This document shows, one piece after another, positions 13,701 through 28,700 of a DNA stretch of 64,000 nt. The first letter of the stretch is position 1, and each line of letters begins with the position of its first letter. Source of the DNA: Azolla caroliniana (Eukaryota; Plantae; Polypodiophyta); contig JBHGNT010000010.1 of assembly GCA_043228905.1 (NCBI GenBank), positions 1 to 64,000 of the forward strand, written 5' to 3'. A program made the translations under genes and the position numbers. A model generated the notes under the pieces. That model saw only the letters and a list, made by a program, of their open reading frames with translations. It had not been told where the DNA came from and did no database searches.

Positions 13701-16700
13701 TCATGTCTCTCGACCTGAGTTTCAAAATCTTGATTTTTTAATTCCATGTCATAGCTAGCGTTGTTAGCTTCGATTCGCATGTTTGAACACAAAAATCCGA
13801 TATCACACGAGCCAGGTATGAACATTTTAATTTACCTACTAGCTCTTCTCAATTCCCTCCTCAAATTTGAAAATTTCGTCATATCTCTCGACCTGAGTTT
13901 TTAAAATCTTGATTTTTTAATTCCATATCATAGCTAGCGTTGTTAGCTTCGATTCGCATGTTTGAACACAAAAATCCGATATCACACGAGCCAGGTATGA
14001 ACAGTTTAATTTACTCAAGGGCTCCTCCCAACTCCCTCCTCAAGTTTGCTATTTTCGTCATGTCTCTCGACCTGAGTTTCAAAATCTTGATTTTTTAATT
14101 CCATATCATAGCTAGCGTTGTTAGCTTCGATACGCATGTTTGAACACAAAAATCCGATATCACACGAGCCAGGTATGAACATTTTAATTTACCTACTAGC
14201 TCTTGTCAACTCACTCCTCGAATTTGGTAATTTCGTCATATCTCTCGACCTGAGTTTCAAAATCTTGATTTTTTAATTCCATATCATAGCTAGCGTTGTT
14301 AGCTTCGATTCGCATTTTGAACACAAAAATCCGATATCACACGAGCCAGGTATGAACATTTAAATTTACCTACTAGCTCTTCTCAACTCACTCCTCAAAT
14401 TTGGTAATTTCGTCATATCTCTCGACCTGACTTTCAAAATCTTGATTTTTTAATTCCATATAATAGCTAGCGTTGTTAGCTTCGATTCGCATGTTTGAAC
14501 ACAAAAATCCGATACCACACGAGCCAGGTATGAACAGTTTAATTTACTCCAAGCCTCCTCTCAACTCCCTCCTAAAGTTTGCTATTTTCGTCATGATTCT
14601 CGACCTGAGTTTCAAAATCTTGATTTTTTAATTCCATATCATAGGTAGCGTTGTTAGCTTCGATTCGCATGTTTGCACACAAAAATCCGATATCACACGA
14701 GCCAGGTATGAACAGTTTAATTTACTCAAGGGCTCCTCCCAACTCCCTCCTCAAGTTTGCTATTTTCGTCATGTCTCTCGACCTGAGTTTCAAAATCTTG
14801 ATTTTTTAATTCCATATCATAGCTAGCGTAGTTAGCTTCGATTCGCATGTTTGAACACAAAAATCCGATATCACACGAGCCAGGTATGAACATTTAAATT
14901 TACCTACTAGCTCTTCTCAACTCACTCCTAAAATTTGGTAATTTCGTCATATCTCTCGACCTGAGTTTCAAAATCTTGATTTTTTAATTCCATATCATAG
15001 CTAGCGTTGTTAGCTTCGATTCGCATGTTTAAACACAAAACTCCGATACCACACGAGCCAGGTATGAACAGTTTAATTTACTCCAGGCCTCCTCTCAACT
15101 CCCTCCTAAAGTTTGCTATTTTCGTCATGTCTCTCGACCTGAGTTTCAAAATCTTGATTTTTTAATTCCATATCATAGGTAGCGTTGTTAGCTTCGATTC
15201 CCATGTTTGCACACAAAAATCCGATATCACACGAGCCAGGTATGAACAGTTTAATTTACTCAAGGGCTCCTCCCAACTCCCTCCTCAAGTTTACTATTTT
15301 CGTCATGTCTCTCGACCTGAGTTTCAAAATCTTGATTTTTTAATTCCATATCATAGCTAGCGTTGTTAGCTTCGATTCGCATGTTTGAACACAAAAATCC
15401 GATATCACACGAGCCAGGTATGAACATTTTAATTTACCTACTAGCTCTTGTCAACTCACTCCTCAAATTTGGTAATTTCGTCATATCTCTCGACCTGAGT
15501 TTCAAAATCTTGATTTTTTAATTCCATATCATAGCTAGCGTTGTTAGCTTCGATTCGCATTTTGAACACAAAAATCCGATATCACACGAGCCAGGTATGA
15601 ACATTTAAATTTACCTACTAGCTCTTCTCAACTCACTCCTCAAATTTGGTAATTTCGTCATATCTCTCGACCTGAGTTTCAAAATCTTGATTTTTTAATT
15701 CCATATCATAGCTAGCGTTGTTAGCTTCGATTCGCATGTTTGAACACAAGAATCCGATATCACACGAGCCAGGTATGAACATTTTAATTTACCTACTAGC
15801 TCTTCTCAACTCACTCCTCAAATTTGGTAATTTTGTCAAATCTCTCGACCTGAGTTTCAAAATCTTGATTTTTTAATTCCATATCATAGCTAGCGTTGTT
15901 AGCTTCGATTCGCATGTTTGAACACAAGAATCCGATATCACACGAGCCAGGTATGAACATTTTAATTTACCTACTAGCTCTTCTCAACTCACTCCTCAAA
16001 TTTGGTAATTTTGTCAAATCTCTCGACCTGAGTTTCAAAATCTTGATTTTTTAATTCCATATCATAGCTAGCGTTGTTAGCTTCGATTCGCATTTTGAAC
16101 ACAAAAATCCGATATCACACGAGCCAGGTATGAACATTTAAATTTACCTACTAGCTCTTCTCAACTCACTCCTCAAATTTGGTAATTTCGTCATATCTCT
16201 CGACCTGAGTTTCAAAATCTTGATTTTTTAATTCCATATCATAGCTAGCGTTGTTAGCTTCGATTCGCATGTTTGAACACAAAAATCCGATACCACACGA
16301 GCCAGGTATGAACAGTTTAATTTACTCCAGGCCTCCTCTCAACTCCCTCCTAAAGTTTGCTATTTTCGTCATGTCTCTCGACCTGAGTTTCAAAATCTTG
16401 ATTTTTTAATTCCATATCATAGGTAGCGTTGTTAGCTTCGATTCGCATGTTTGAACACAAAAATCCGATATCACACGAGCCAGGTATGAACATTTAAATT
16501 TACCTACTAGCTATTCTCAACTCACTCCTCAAATTTGGTAATTAAGTCATATCTCTCGACCTGAGTTTCAAAATCTTGATTTTTTAATTCCATATCATAG
16601 CTAGCGTTGTTAGCTTCGATTCGCATGTTTGAACACAAAAATCCGATATCACACGAGCCAGGTATGAACATTTAAATTTACCTACTAGCTCTTCTCAACT

Positions 16701-19700
16701 CCCTCCTCAAATTTGGTAATTTCGTCATATCTCTCGACCTGAGTTTTTAAAATCTTGATTTTTTAATTCCATATCATAGCTAGCGTTGTTAGCTTCGATT
16801 CGCATGTTTGAACACAAAAATCCGATATCACACGAGCCAGGTATGAACAGTTTAATTTACTCAAGGGCTCCTCCCAACTCCCTCCTCAAGTTTGCTATTT
16901 TCGTCATGTCTCTCGACCTGAGTTTCAAAATCTTGATTTTTTAATTCCATATCATAGCTAGCGTTGTTAGCTTCGATACGCATGTTTGAACACAAAAATC
17001 CGATATCACACGAGCCAGGTATGAACATTTTAATTTACCTACTAGCTCTTGTCAACTCACTCCTCAAATTTGGTAATTTCGTCATATCTCTCGACCTGAG
17101 TTTCAAAATCTTGATTTTTTAATTCCATATCATAGCTAGCGTTGTTAGCTTCGATTCGCATGTTTAAACACAAAACTCCGATACCACACGAGCCAGGTAT
17201 GAACAGTTTAATTTACTCCAGGCCTCCTCTCAACTCCCTCCTAAAGTTTGCTATTTTCGTCATGTCTCTCGACCTGAGTTTCAAAATCTTGATTTTTTAA
17301 TTCCATATCATAGGTAGCGTTGTTAGCTTCGATTCCCATGTTTGCACACAAAAATCCGATATCACACGAGCCAGGTATGAACAGTTTAATTTACTCAAGG
17401 GCTCCTCCCAACTCCCTCCTCAAGTTTACTATTTTCGTCATGTCTCTCGACCTGAGTTTCAAAATCTTGATTTTTTAATTCCATATCATAGCTAGCGTTG
17501 TTAGCTTCGATTCGCATGTTTGAACACAAAAATCCGATATCACACGAGCCACGTATGAACATTTAAATTTACCTACTAGCTCTTGTCAACTCACTCCTCA
17601 AATTTGGTAATTTCGTCATATCTCTCGACCTGAGTTTCAAAATCTTGATTTTTTAATTCCATATCATAGCTAGCGTTGTTAGCTTCGATTCGCATTTTGA
17701 ACACAAAAATCCGATATCACACGAGCCAGGTATGAACATTTAAATTTACCTACTAGCTCTTCTCAACTCACTCCTCAAATTTGGTAATTTCGTCATATCT
17801 CTCGACCTGAGTTTCAAAATCTTGATTTTTTAATTCCATATCATAGCTAGCGTTGTTAGCTTCGATTCGCATGTTTGAACACAAAAATCCGATACCACAC
17901 GAGCCAGGTATGAACAGTTTAATTTACTCCAGGCCTCCTCTCAACTCCCTCCTAAAGTTTGCTATTTTCGTCATGTCTCTCGACCTGAGTTTCAAAATCT
18001 TGATTTTTTAATTCCATATCATAGGTAGCGTTGTTAGCTTCGATTCGCATGTTTGCACACAAAATCCCGATATCACACGAGCCAGGTATGAACAGTTTAA
18101 TTTACTCAAGGGCTCCTCCCAACTCCCTCCTCAAGTTTGCTATTTTCGTCATGTCTCTCGACCTGAGTTTCAAAATCTTGATTTTTTAATTCCATATCAT
18201 AGGTAGCGTTGTTAGCTTCGATTCGCATGTTTGCACACAAATTCCCGATATCACACGAGCCAGGTATGAACAGTTTAATTTACTCAAGGGCTCCTGCCAA
18301 CTCCCTCCTCAAGTTTGCTATTTTCGTCATGTCTCTCGACCTGAGTTTCAAAATCTTGATTTTTTAATTCCATATCATAGCTAGCGTTGTTAGCTTCGAT
18401 TCGCATGTTTGAACACAAAAATCCGATATCACACGAGCCAGGTATGAACATTTAAATTTACCTACTAGCTCTTCTCAACTCACTCCTCAAATTTGGTAAT
18501 TTCGTCATATCTCTCGACCTGAGTTTCAAAATCTTGATTTTTTAATTCCATATCATAGCTAGCGTTGTTAGCTTCGATTCGCATGTTTGAACACAAAAAT
18601 CCGATACCACACGAGCCAGGTATGAACAGTTTAATTTACTCCAGGCCTCCTCTCAACTCCCTCCTAAAGTTTGCTATTTTCGTCATGTCTCTCGACCTGA
18701 GTTTCAAAATCTTGATTTTTTAATTCCATATCATAGGTAGCGTTGTTAGCTTCGATTCGCATGTTTGAACACAAAAATCCGATATCACACGAGCCAGGTA
18801 TGAACATTTAAATTTACCTACTAGCTATTCTCAACTCACTCCTCAAATTTGGTAATTAAGTCATATCTCTCGACCTGAGTTTCAAAATCTTGATTTTTTA
18901 ATTCCATATCATAGCTAGCGTTGTTAGCTTCGATTCGCATGTTTGAACACAAAAATCCGATATCACACGAGCCAGGTATGAACATTTAAATTTACCTACT
19001 AGCTCTTCTCAACTCCCTCCTCAAATTTGGTAATTTCGTCATATCTCTCGACCTGAGTTTTTAAAATCTTGATTTTTTAATTCCATATCATAGCTAGCGT
19101 TGTTAGCTTCGATTCGCATGTTTGAACACAAAAATCCGATATCACACGAGCCAGGTATGAACAGTTTAATTTACTCAAGGGCTCCTCCCAACTCCCTCCT
19201 CAAGTTTGCTATTTTCGTCATGTCTCTCGACCTGAGTTTCAAAATCTTGATTTTTTAATTCCATATCATAGCTAGCGTTGTTAGCTTCGATACGCATGTT
19301 TGAACACAAAAATCCGATATCACACGAGCCAGGTATGAACATTTTAATTTACCTACTAGCTCTTGTCAACTCACTCCTCAAATTTGGTAATTTCGTCATA
19401 TCTCTCGACCTGAGTTTCAAAATCTTGATTTTTTAATTCCATATCATAGCTAGTGTTGTTAGCTTCGATTCGCATTTTGAACACAAAAATCCGATATCAC
19501 ACGAGCCAGGTATGAACATTTAAATTTACCTACTAGCTCTTCTCAACTCACTCCTCAAATTTGGTAATTTCGTCATATCTCTCGACCTGAGTTTCAAAAT
19601 CTTGATTTTTTAATTCCATATCATAGCTAGCGTTGTTAGCTTCGATTCGCATGTTTGAACACAAAACTCCGATACCACACGAGCCAGGTATGAACAGTTT

Positions 19701-22700
19701 AATTTACTCCAGGCCTCCTCTCAACTCCCTCCTAAAGTTTGCTATTTTCGTCATGTCTCTCGACCTGAGTTTCAAAATCTTGATTTTTTAATTCCATATC
19801 ATAGGTAGCGTTGTTAGCTTCGATTCGCATGTTTGCACACAAATTCCCGATATCACACGAGCCAGGTATGAACAGTTTAATTTACTCAAGGGCTCCTCCC
19901 AACTCCCTCCTCAAGTTTGCTATTTTCGTCATGTCTCTCGACCTGAGTTTCAAAATCTTGATTTTTTAATTCCATATCATAGCTAGCGTTGTTAGCTTCG
20001 ATTCGCATGTTTGAACACAAAAATCCGATATCACACGAGCCAGGTATGAACATTTAAATTTACCTACTAGCTCTTCTCAACTCACTCCTCAAATTTGGTA
20101 ATTTCGTCATATCTCTCGACCTGAGTTTCAAAATCTTGATTTTTTAATTCCATATCATAGCTAGCGTTGTTAGCTTCGATTCGCATGTTTGAACACAAAA
20201 ATCCGATACCACACGAGCCAGGTATGAACAGTTTAATTTACTCCAGGCCTCCTCTCAACTCCCTCCTAAAGTTTGCTATTTTCGTCATGTCTCTCGACCT
20301 GAGTTTCAAAATCTTGATTTTTTAATTCCATATCATAGGTAGCGTTGTTAGCTTCGATTCGCATGTTTGCACACAAAAATCCGATATCACACGAGCCAGG
20401 TATGAACAGTTTAATTTATTCAAGGGCTCCTCCCAACTCCCTCCTCAAGTTTGCTATTTTCGTCATGTCTCTCGACCTGAGTTTCAAAATATTGATTTTT
20501 TAATTCCATATCATAGCTAGCGTTGTTAGCTTCGATTCGCATGTTTGAACACAAAAATCCGATATAACACGAGCCAGGTATGAACATTTTAATTTACCTA
20601 CTAGCTCTTCTCAACTCCCTCCTCAAATTTGGTAATTTCGTCATATCTCTCGACCTGAGTTTTTAAAATCTTGATTTTTTAATTCCATATCATAGCTAGC
20701 GTTGTTAGCTTCGATTCGCATGTTTGAACACAAAAATCGGATATCACACGAGCCAAGTATGAACAGTTTAATTTACTCAAGGGCTCCTCCCAACTCCCTC
20801 CTCAAGTTTGCTATTTTCGTCATGTCTCTCGACCTGAGTTTCAAAATCTTGATTTTTTAATTCCATATCATAGCTAGCGTTGTTAGCTTCGATACGCATG
20901 TTTGAACACAAAAATCCGATATCACACGAGCCAGGTATGAACATTTTAATTTACCTACTAGCTCTTGTCAACTCGCTCCTCAAATTTGGTAATTTCGTCA
21001 TATCTCTCGACCTGAGTTTCAAAATCTTGATTTTTTAATTCCATATCATAGCTAGCGTTGTTAGCTTCGATTCGCATGTTTGAACACAAAAATCCGATAT
21101 CACACGAGCCAGGTATGAACATTTAAATTTACCTACTAGCTCTTCTCAACTCACTCCTCAAATTTGGTAATTTCGTCATATCTCTCGACCTGAGTTTCAA
21201 AATCTTGATTTTTTAATTCCATATCATAGCTAGCGTTGTTAGCTTCGATTCGCATGTTTGAACACAAAAATCCGATATCACACGAGCCAGGTATGAACAT
21301 TTAAATTTACCTACTAGCTCTTCTCAACTCACTCCTCAAATTTGGTAATTTCGTCATATCTCTCGACCTGACTTTCAAAATCTTGATTTTTAAATTCCAT
21401 ATCATAGCTAGCGTTGTTAGCTTCGATTTGCATGTTTGAGTACAGAAATCCTATATCACACGAGCCAGGTATGAACATTTTAATTTACTCAAGGGCTCCT
21501 CTCAACTCCCTCCTCAAGTTTGCTATTTTCGTCATATCTCTCGACCTGAGTTTCAAAATCTTGATTTTTAAATTCCATATCATAGCTAGCGTTGTTAGCT
21601 TCGATTTGCATGTTTGAGTACAGAAATCCGATATCACACGAGCCAGGTATGAACATTTTAATTTACTCAAGGGCTCCTCTCAACTCCCTCCTCAAGTTTG
21701 CTATTTTCGTCATGTCTCTCGACCTGAGTTTCAAAATCTTGATTTTTTAATTCCATATCATAGCTAGCGTTGTTAGCTTCGATTCGCATGTTTGAACACA
21801 AGAATCCGATATCACACGAGCCAGGTATGAACATTTTAATTTACCTACTAGCTCTTCTCAACTCACTCCTCAAATTTGGTAATTTTGTCATATCTCTCGA
21901 CCTGAGTTTCAAAATCTTGATTTTTTAATTCCATATAATAGCTAGCGTCGTTAGCTTCGATTTGCATATTTGAACACAGAAATCCAATATCACACGAGCC
22001 AGGTATGAACATTTTAATTTACCTACTAGCTCTTCTCAACTCACTCCTCAAATTTGGTAATTTTGTCATATCTCTCGACCTGAGTTTCAAAATCTTGATT
22101 TTTTAATTCCATATAATAGCTAGCGTCGTTAGCTTCGATTTGCATATTTGAACACAGAAATCCAATATCACACGAGCCAGGTATGAACATTTTAATTTAC
22201 CTACTAGCTCTTCTCAACTCACTCCTCAAATTTGGTAATTTCGTCATATCTCTCGACCTGAGTTTTTAAAATCTTGATTTTTTAATTCCATATCATAGCT
22301 AGCGTTGTTAGCTTCGATTCGCATGTTTGAACACAAAACTCCGATTTCACACGAATCAGGTATGAACAGTTTAATTTACTCCAGGCCTCCTCTCAACCCC
22401 CTCCTAAAGTTTGCTATTTTCGTCATGTCTCTCGACCTGAGTTTCAAAATCTTGATTTTTTAATTCCATATCATAGCTAGCGTTGTTAGCTTCGATACGC
22501 ATGTTTGAACACAAAAATCCGATATCACACGAGCCAGGTATGAACATTTAAATTTACCTACTAGCTATTCTCAACTCACTCCTCAAATTTGGTAATTAAG
22601 TCATGTCTCTCGACCTGGGTTTCAAAATCTTGATTTTTTAATACCATATCATAGCTAGCATTGTTAGCTTCGATTCGCATGTTTGAACACAAAAATCCGA

Positions 22701-25700
22701 TATCACACGAGCCAGGTATGAACATTTAAATTTACCTACTAGCTCTTCTCAACTCACTCCTCAAATTTGGTAATTTCGTCATATCTCTCGACCTGAGTTT
22801 CAAAATCTTGATTTTTTAATTTTATATGATAGCTAGCGTTGTTAGCTTCGATTCGCATGTTTGAACACAAAAATCCGATATCACACAAGCCAGGTATGAA
22901 CAGTTTAATTTACTCAAGGGCTCCTCCCAACTCCCTCCTCAAGTTTGCTATTTTCGTCATGTCTCTCGACCTGAGTTTCAAAATCTTGATTTTTTAATTC
23001 CATATCATAGCTAGCGTTGTTAGCTTCGATTCGCATGTTTGAACACAAAAATCCGATATCACACGAGCCAGGTATGAACATTTTAATTTACCTACTAGCT
23101 CTTCTCAACTCACTCCTCAAATTTGGTAATTTCGTCATATCTCTCGACCTGAGTTTCAAAATCTTGATTTTTTAATTCCATATCATAGCTAGCGTTGTTA
23201 GCTTCGATTCGCATGTTTGAACACAAAAATCCGATATCACACGAGCCAGGTATGAACATTTAAATTTACTTACTAGCTCTTCTCAACTCACTCCTCAAAT
23301 TTGGTAATTTCGTCATATCTCTCGACCTGAGTTTCAAAATCTTGATTTTTTAATTCCATATCATAGCTAGCGTTGTTAGCTTCGATTCGCATATTTGAAC
23401 ACAAAAATCCGATATCACACGAGCCAGGTATGAACATTTAAATTTACCTACTAGCTATTCTCAACTCACTCCTCAAATTTGGTAATTAAGTCATATCTCT
23501 CGACCTGACTTTCAAAATCTTGATTTTTTAATACCATATCATAGCTAGCATTGTTAGCTTCGATTCGCATGTTTGAACACAAAAATCCGATATCACACCA
23601 GCCAGGTATGAACATTTAAATTTACCTACTAGCTCTTCTCAACTCACTCCTCAAATTTGGTAATTTCGTCGTATCTCTCGACCTGACTTTCAAAATCTTG
23701 ATTTTTAAATTCCATATCATAGCTAGCGTTGTTAGCTTCGATTTGCATGTTTGAGTACAGAAATCCGATATCACACGAGCCAGGTATGAACATTTTAATT
23801 TACTCAAGGGCTCCTCTCAACTCCCTCCTCAAGTTTGCTATTTTCGTCATATCTCTCGACCTGACTTTCAAAATCTTGATTTTTAAATTCCATATCATAG
23901 CTAGCGTTGTTAGCTTCGATTTGCATGTTTGAGTACAGAAATCCGATATCACACGAGCCAGGTATGAATATTTTAATTTACTCAAGGGCTCCTCTCAACT
24001 CCCTCCTAAAGTTTGCTATTTTCGTCATGTCTCTCGACCTGAGTTTCAAAATCTTGATTTTTTAATTCCATATCATAGCAAGCGTTGTTAGCTTCGATTC
24101 GCATGTTTGAACACAAGAATCCGATATCACACGAGCCAGGTATGAACATTTTAATTTACCCACTAGCTCTTCTGAACTCACTCCTCAAATTTGGTAATTT
24201 TGTCATATCTCTCGACCTGAGTTTCAAAATCTTGATTTTTTAATTCCATATAATAGCTAGCGTCGTTAGCTTCGATTTGCATATTTGAACACAGAAATCC
24301 AATATCACACGAGCCAGGTATGAACATTTTAATTTACTCAAGGGCTCCTCTCAACTCCCTCCTCAAGTTTGCTATTTTCGTCATGTCTCTCGACCTGAAT
24401 TTTAAAATCTTGATTTTTTAATTCCATATCATAGCTAGCGTTGTTAGCTTCGATTCGCATGTTTGAACACAAAACTCCGATACCACACGAGCCAGGTATG
24501 AACAGTTTAATTTACTCCAGGCCTCCTCTCAACTCCCTCCTAAAGTTTGCTATTTTCGTCATGTCTCTCGACCTGAGTTTCAAAATCTTGATTTTTTAAT
24601 TCCATATCATAGGTAGCGTTGTTAGCTTCGATTCGCATGTTTGCACACAAAAATCCAATATCACACGAGCCAGGTATGAACAGTTTAATTTACTCAAGGG
24701 CTCCTCCCAACTCCCTCCTCAAGTTTGCTATTTTCGTCATGTCTCTCGACCTGAGTTTCAAAATCTTGATTTTTTAATTCCATATCATAGCTAGTGTTGT
24801 TAGCTTCGATTCGCATGTTTGAACACAAAAATCCGATATCACACGAGCCAGGTATGAACATTTTAATTTACCTACTAGCTCTTCTCAACTCACTCCTCAA
24901 ATTTGGTAATTTCGTCATATCTCTCGACCTGAGTTTTTAAAATCTTGATTTTTTAATTCCATATCATAGCTAGCGTTGTTAGCTTCGATTCGCATGTTTG
25001 AACACAAAACTCCGATTTCACACGAATCAGGTATGAACAGTTTAATTTACTCCAGGCCTCCTCTCAACTCCCTCCTAAAGTTTGCTATTTTCGTCATGTC
25101 TCTCGACCTGAGTTTCAAAATCTTGATTTTTTAATTCCATATCATAGCTAGCGTTGTTAGCTTCGATTCGCATGTTTGAACACAAAAATCCGATATCACA
25201 CGAGCCAGGTGTGAACATTTAAATTTACCTACTAGCTCTTCTCAACTCACTCCTCAAATTTGGTAATTTCGTCATATCTCTCGACCTGAGTTTCAAAATC
25301 TTGATTTTTTAATTCCATATCATAGCTAGCGTTGTTAGCTTCGATTCGCATGTTTGAACACAAAAATCCGATATCACACGAGCCAGGTATGAACATTTAA
25401 ATTTACTTACTAGCTCTTCTCAACTCACTCCTCAAATTTGGTAATTTCGTCATATCTCTCGACCTGAGTTTCAAAATCTTGATTTTTTAATTCCATATCA
25501 TAGCTAGCGTTGTTAGCTTCGATTCGCATTTTTGAACACAAAAATCCGATATCACACGAGCCAGGTATGAACATTTAAATTTACCTACTAGCTATTCTCA
25601 ACTCACTCCTCAAATTTGGTAATTAAGTCATATCTCTCGACTTGACTTTCAAAATCTTGATTTTTTAATACCATATCATAGCTAGCATTGTTAGCTTCGA

Positions 25701-28700
25701 TTCGCATGTTTGAACACAAAAATCCGATATCACACCAGCCAGGTATGAACAATTAAATTTACCTACTAGCTCTTCTCAACTCACTCCTCAAATTTGGTAA
25801 TTTCGTCATATCTCTCGACCTGACTTTCAAAATCTTGATTTTTAAATTCCATATCATAGCTAGCGTTGTTAGCTTCGATTTGCATGTTTGAGTACAGAAA
25901 TCCGATATCACACGAGCCAGGTATGAACATTTTAATTTACTCAAGGGCTCCTCTCAACTCCCTCCTCAAGTTTGCTATTTTCGTCATATCTCTCGACCTG
26001 ACTTTCAAAATCTTGATTTTTAAATTCCATATCATAGCTAGCGTTGTTAGCTTCGATTTGCATGTTTGAGTACAGAAATCCGATATCACACGAGCCAGGT
26101 ATGAATATTTTAATTTACTCAAGGGCTCCTCTCAACTCCCTCCTCAAGTTTGCTATTTTCGTCATGTCTCTCGACCTGAGTTTCAAAATCTTGATTTTTT
26201 AATTCCATATCATAGCAAGCGTTGTTAGCTTCGATTCGCATGTTTGAACACAAGAATCCGATATCACAGGAGCCAGGTATGAACATTTTAATTTACCTAC
26301 TAGCTCTTCTCAACTCACTCCTCAAATTTGGTAATTTTGTCATATCTCTCGACCTGAGTTTCAAAATCTTGATTTTTTAATTCCATATAATAGCTAGCGT
26401 CGTTAGCTTCGATTTGCATATTTGAACACAGAAATCCAATATCACACGAGCCAGGTATGAACATTTTAATTTACTCAAGGGCTCCTCTCAACTCCCTCCT
26501 CAAGTTTGCTATTTTCGTCATGTCTCTCGACCTGAATTTTAAAATCTTGATTTTTTAATTCCATATCATAGCTAGCGTTGTTAGCTTCGATTCGCATGTT
26601 TGAACACAAAACTCCGATACCACACGAGCCAGGTATGAACAGTTTAATTTACTCCAGGCCTCCTCTCAACTCCCTCCTAAAGTTTGCTATTTTCGTCATG
26701 TCTCTCGACCTGAGTTTCAAAATCTTGATTTTTTAATTCCATATCATAGGTAGCGTTGTTAGCTTCGATTCGCATGTTTGCACACAAAAATCCAATATCA
26801 CACGAGCCAGGTATGAACAGTTTAATTTACTCAAGGGCTCCTCCCAACTCCCTCCTCAAGTTTGCTATTTTCGTCATGTCTCTCGACCTGAGTTTCAAAA
26901 TCTTGATTTTTTAATTCCATATCATAGCTAGTGTTGTTAGCTTCGATTCGCATGTTTGAACACAAAAATCCGATATCACACGAGCCAGGTATGAACATTT
27001 TAATTTACCTACTAGCTCTTCTCAACTCACTCCTCAAATTTGGTAATTTCGTCATATCTCTCGACCTGAGTTTTTAAAATCTGGATTTTTTAATTCCATA
27101 TCATAGCTAGCGTTGTTAGCTTCGATTCGCATGTTTGAACACAAAACTCCGATTTCACACGAATCAGGTATGAACAGTTTAATTTACCTACTAGCTCTTC
27201 TCAACTCACTCCTCAAATTTGGTAATTTCGTCATATCTCTCGACCTGAGTTTTTAAAATCTTGATTTTTTAATTCCATATCATAGCTAGCGTTGTTAGCT
27301 TCGATTCGCATGTTTGAACACAAAACTCCGATTTCACACGAATCAGGTATGAACAGTTTAATTTACTCCAGGCCTCCTCTCAACTCCCTCCTAAAGTTTG
27401 CTATTTTCGTCATGTCTCTCGACCTGAGTTTCAAAATCTTGATTTTTTAATTCCATATCATAGCTAGCGTTGTTAGCTTCGATTCGCATGTTTGAACACA
27501 AAAATCCGATATCACACGAGCCAGGTGTGAACATTTAAATTTACCTACTAGCTCTTCTCAACTCACTCCTCAAATTTGGTAATTTCGTCATATCTCTCGA
27601 CCTGAGTTTCAAAATCTTGATTTTTTAATTCCATATCATAGCTAGCGTTGTTAGCTTCGATTCGCATGTTTGAACACAAAAATCCGATATCACACGAGCC
27701 AGGTATGAACAGTTTAATTTACTCAAGGGCTCCTCCCAACTCCCTCCTCAAGTTTGCTATTTTCGTCATGTCTCTCGACCTGAGTTTCAAAATCTTGATT
27801 TTTTAATTCCATATCATAGCTAGCATTGTTAGCTTCGATACGCATGTTTGAACACAAAAATCCGATATCACACGAGCCGGGTATGAACATTTAAATTTAC
27901 CTACTAGCTATTCTCAACTCACTCCTCAAATTTGGTAATTAAGTCATGTCTCTCGACCTGAGTTTCAAAATGTTGTTTTTTTAATACCATATCATAGCTA
28001 GCATTGTTAGCTTCGATTCGCATGTTTGAACACAAAAATCCGATATCACACGAGCCAGGTATGAACATTTAAATTTACCTACTAGCTCTTCTCAACTCAC
28101 TCCTCAAATTTGGTAATTTCGTCATATCTCTCGACCTGAGTTTCAAAATCTTGATTTTTTAATTCCATATTATAGCTAGCGTTGTTAGCTTCGATTCGCA
28201 TGTTTGAACACAAAAATCCGATATCACACGAGCCAGGTATGAACATTTTAATTTACTCAAGGGCTTCTCTGAACTCACTCCTCAAATTTGGTAATCTCAT
28301 CATATCTCTCGACCTGAGTTTCAAAATCTTGATTTTTTAATTCCATATCATAGCTAGCGTTGTTAGCTTCGATTCGCATGTTTGAACACAAAAATCCGAT
28401 ATCACACGAGCCAGGTATGAACATTTTAATTTACTCAAGGCCTTCTCTCAACTCACTCCTCAAATTTGGTAATCTCATCATGTCTCTTGACCTGAGTTTG
28501 AAAATCTTGATTTTGTAATTCCATATCATAGCTAGCGTTGTTAGCTTCGATTCGCATGTTTGAACACAAAAATCCGATATCACACGAGCCAGGTATGAAC
28601 ATTTTAATTTACCTCATAGCTCTTCTCAACTCACTCCTCAAATTTGGTAATCTCATCATGTCTCTCGACCTGAGTTTCAAAATCTTGATTTTTTAATTCC

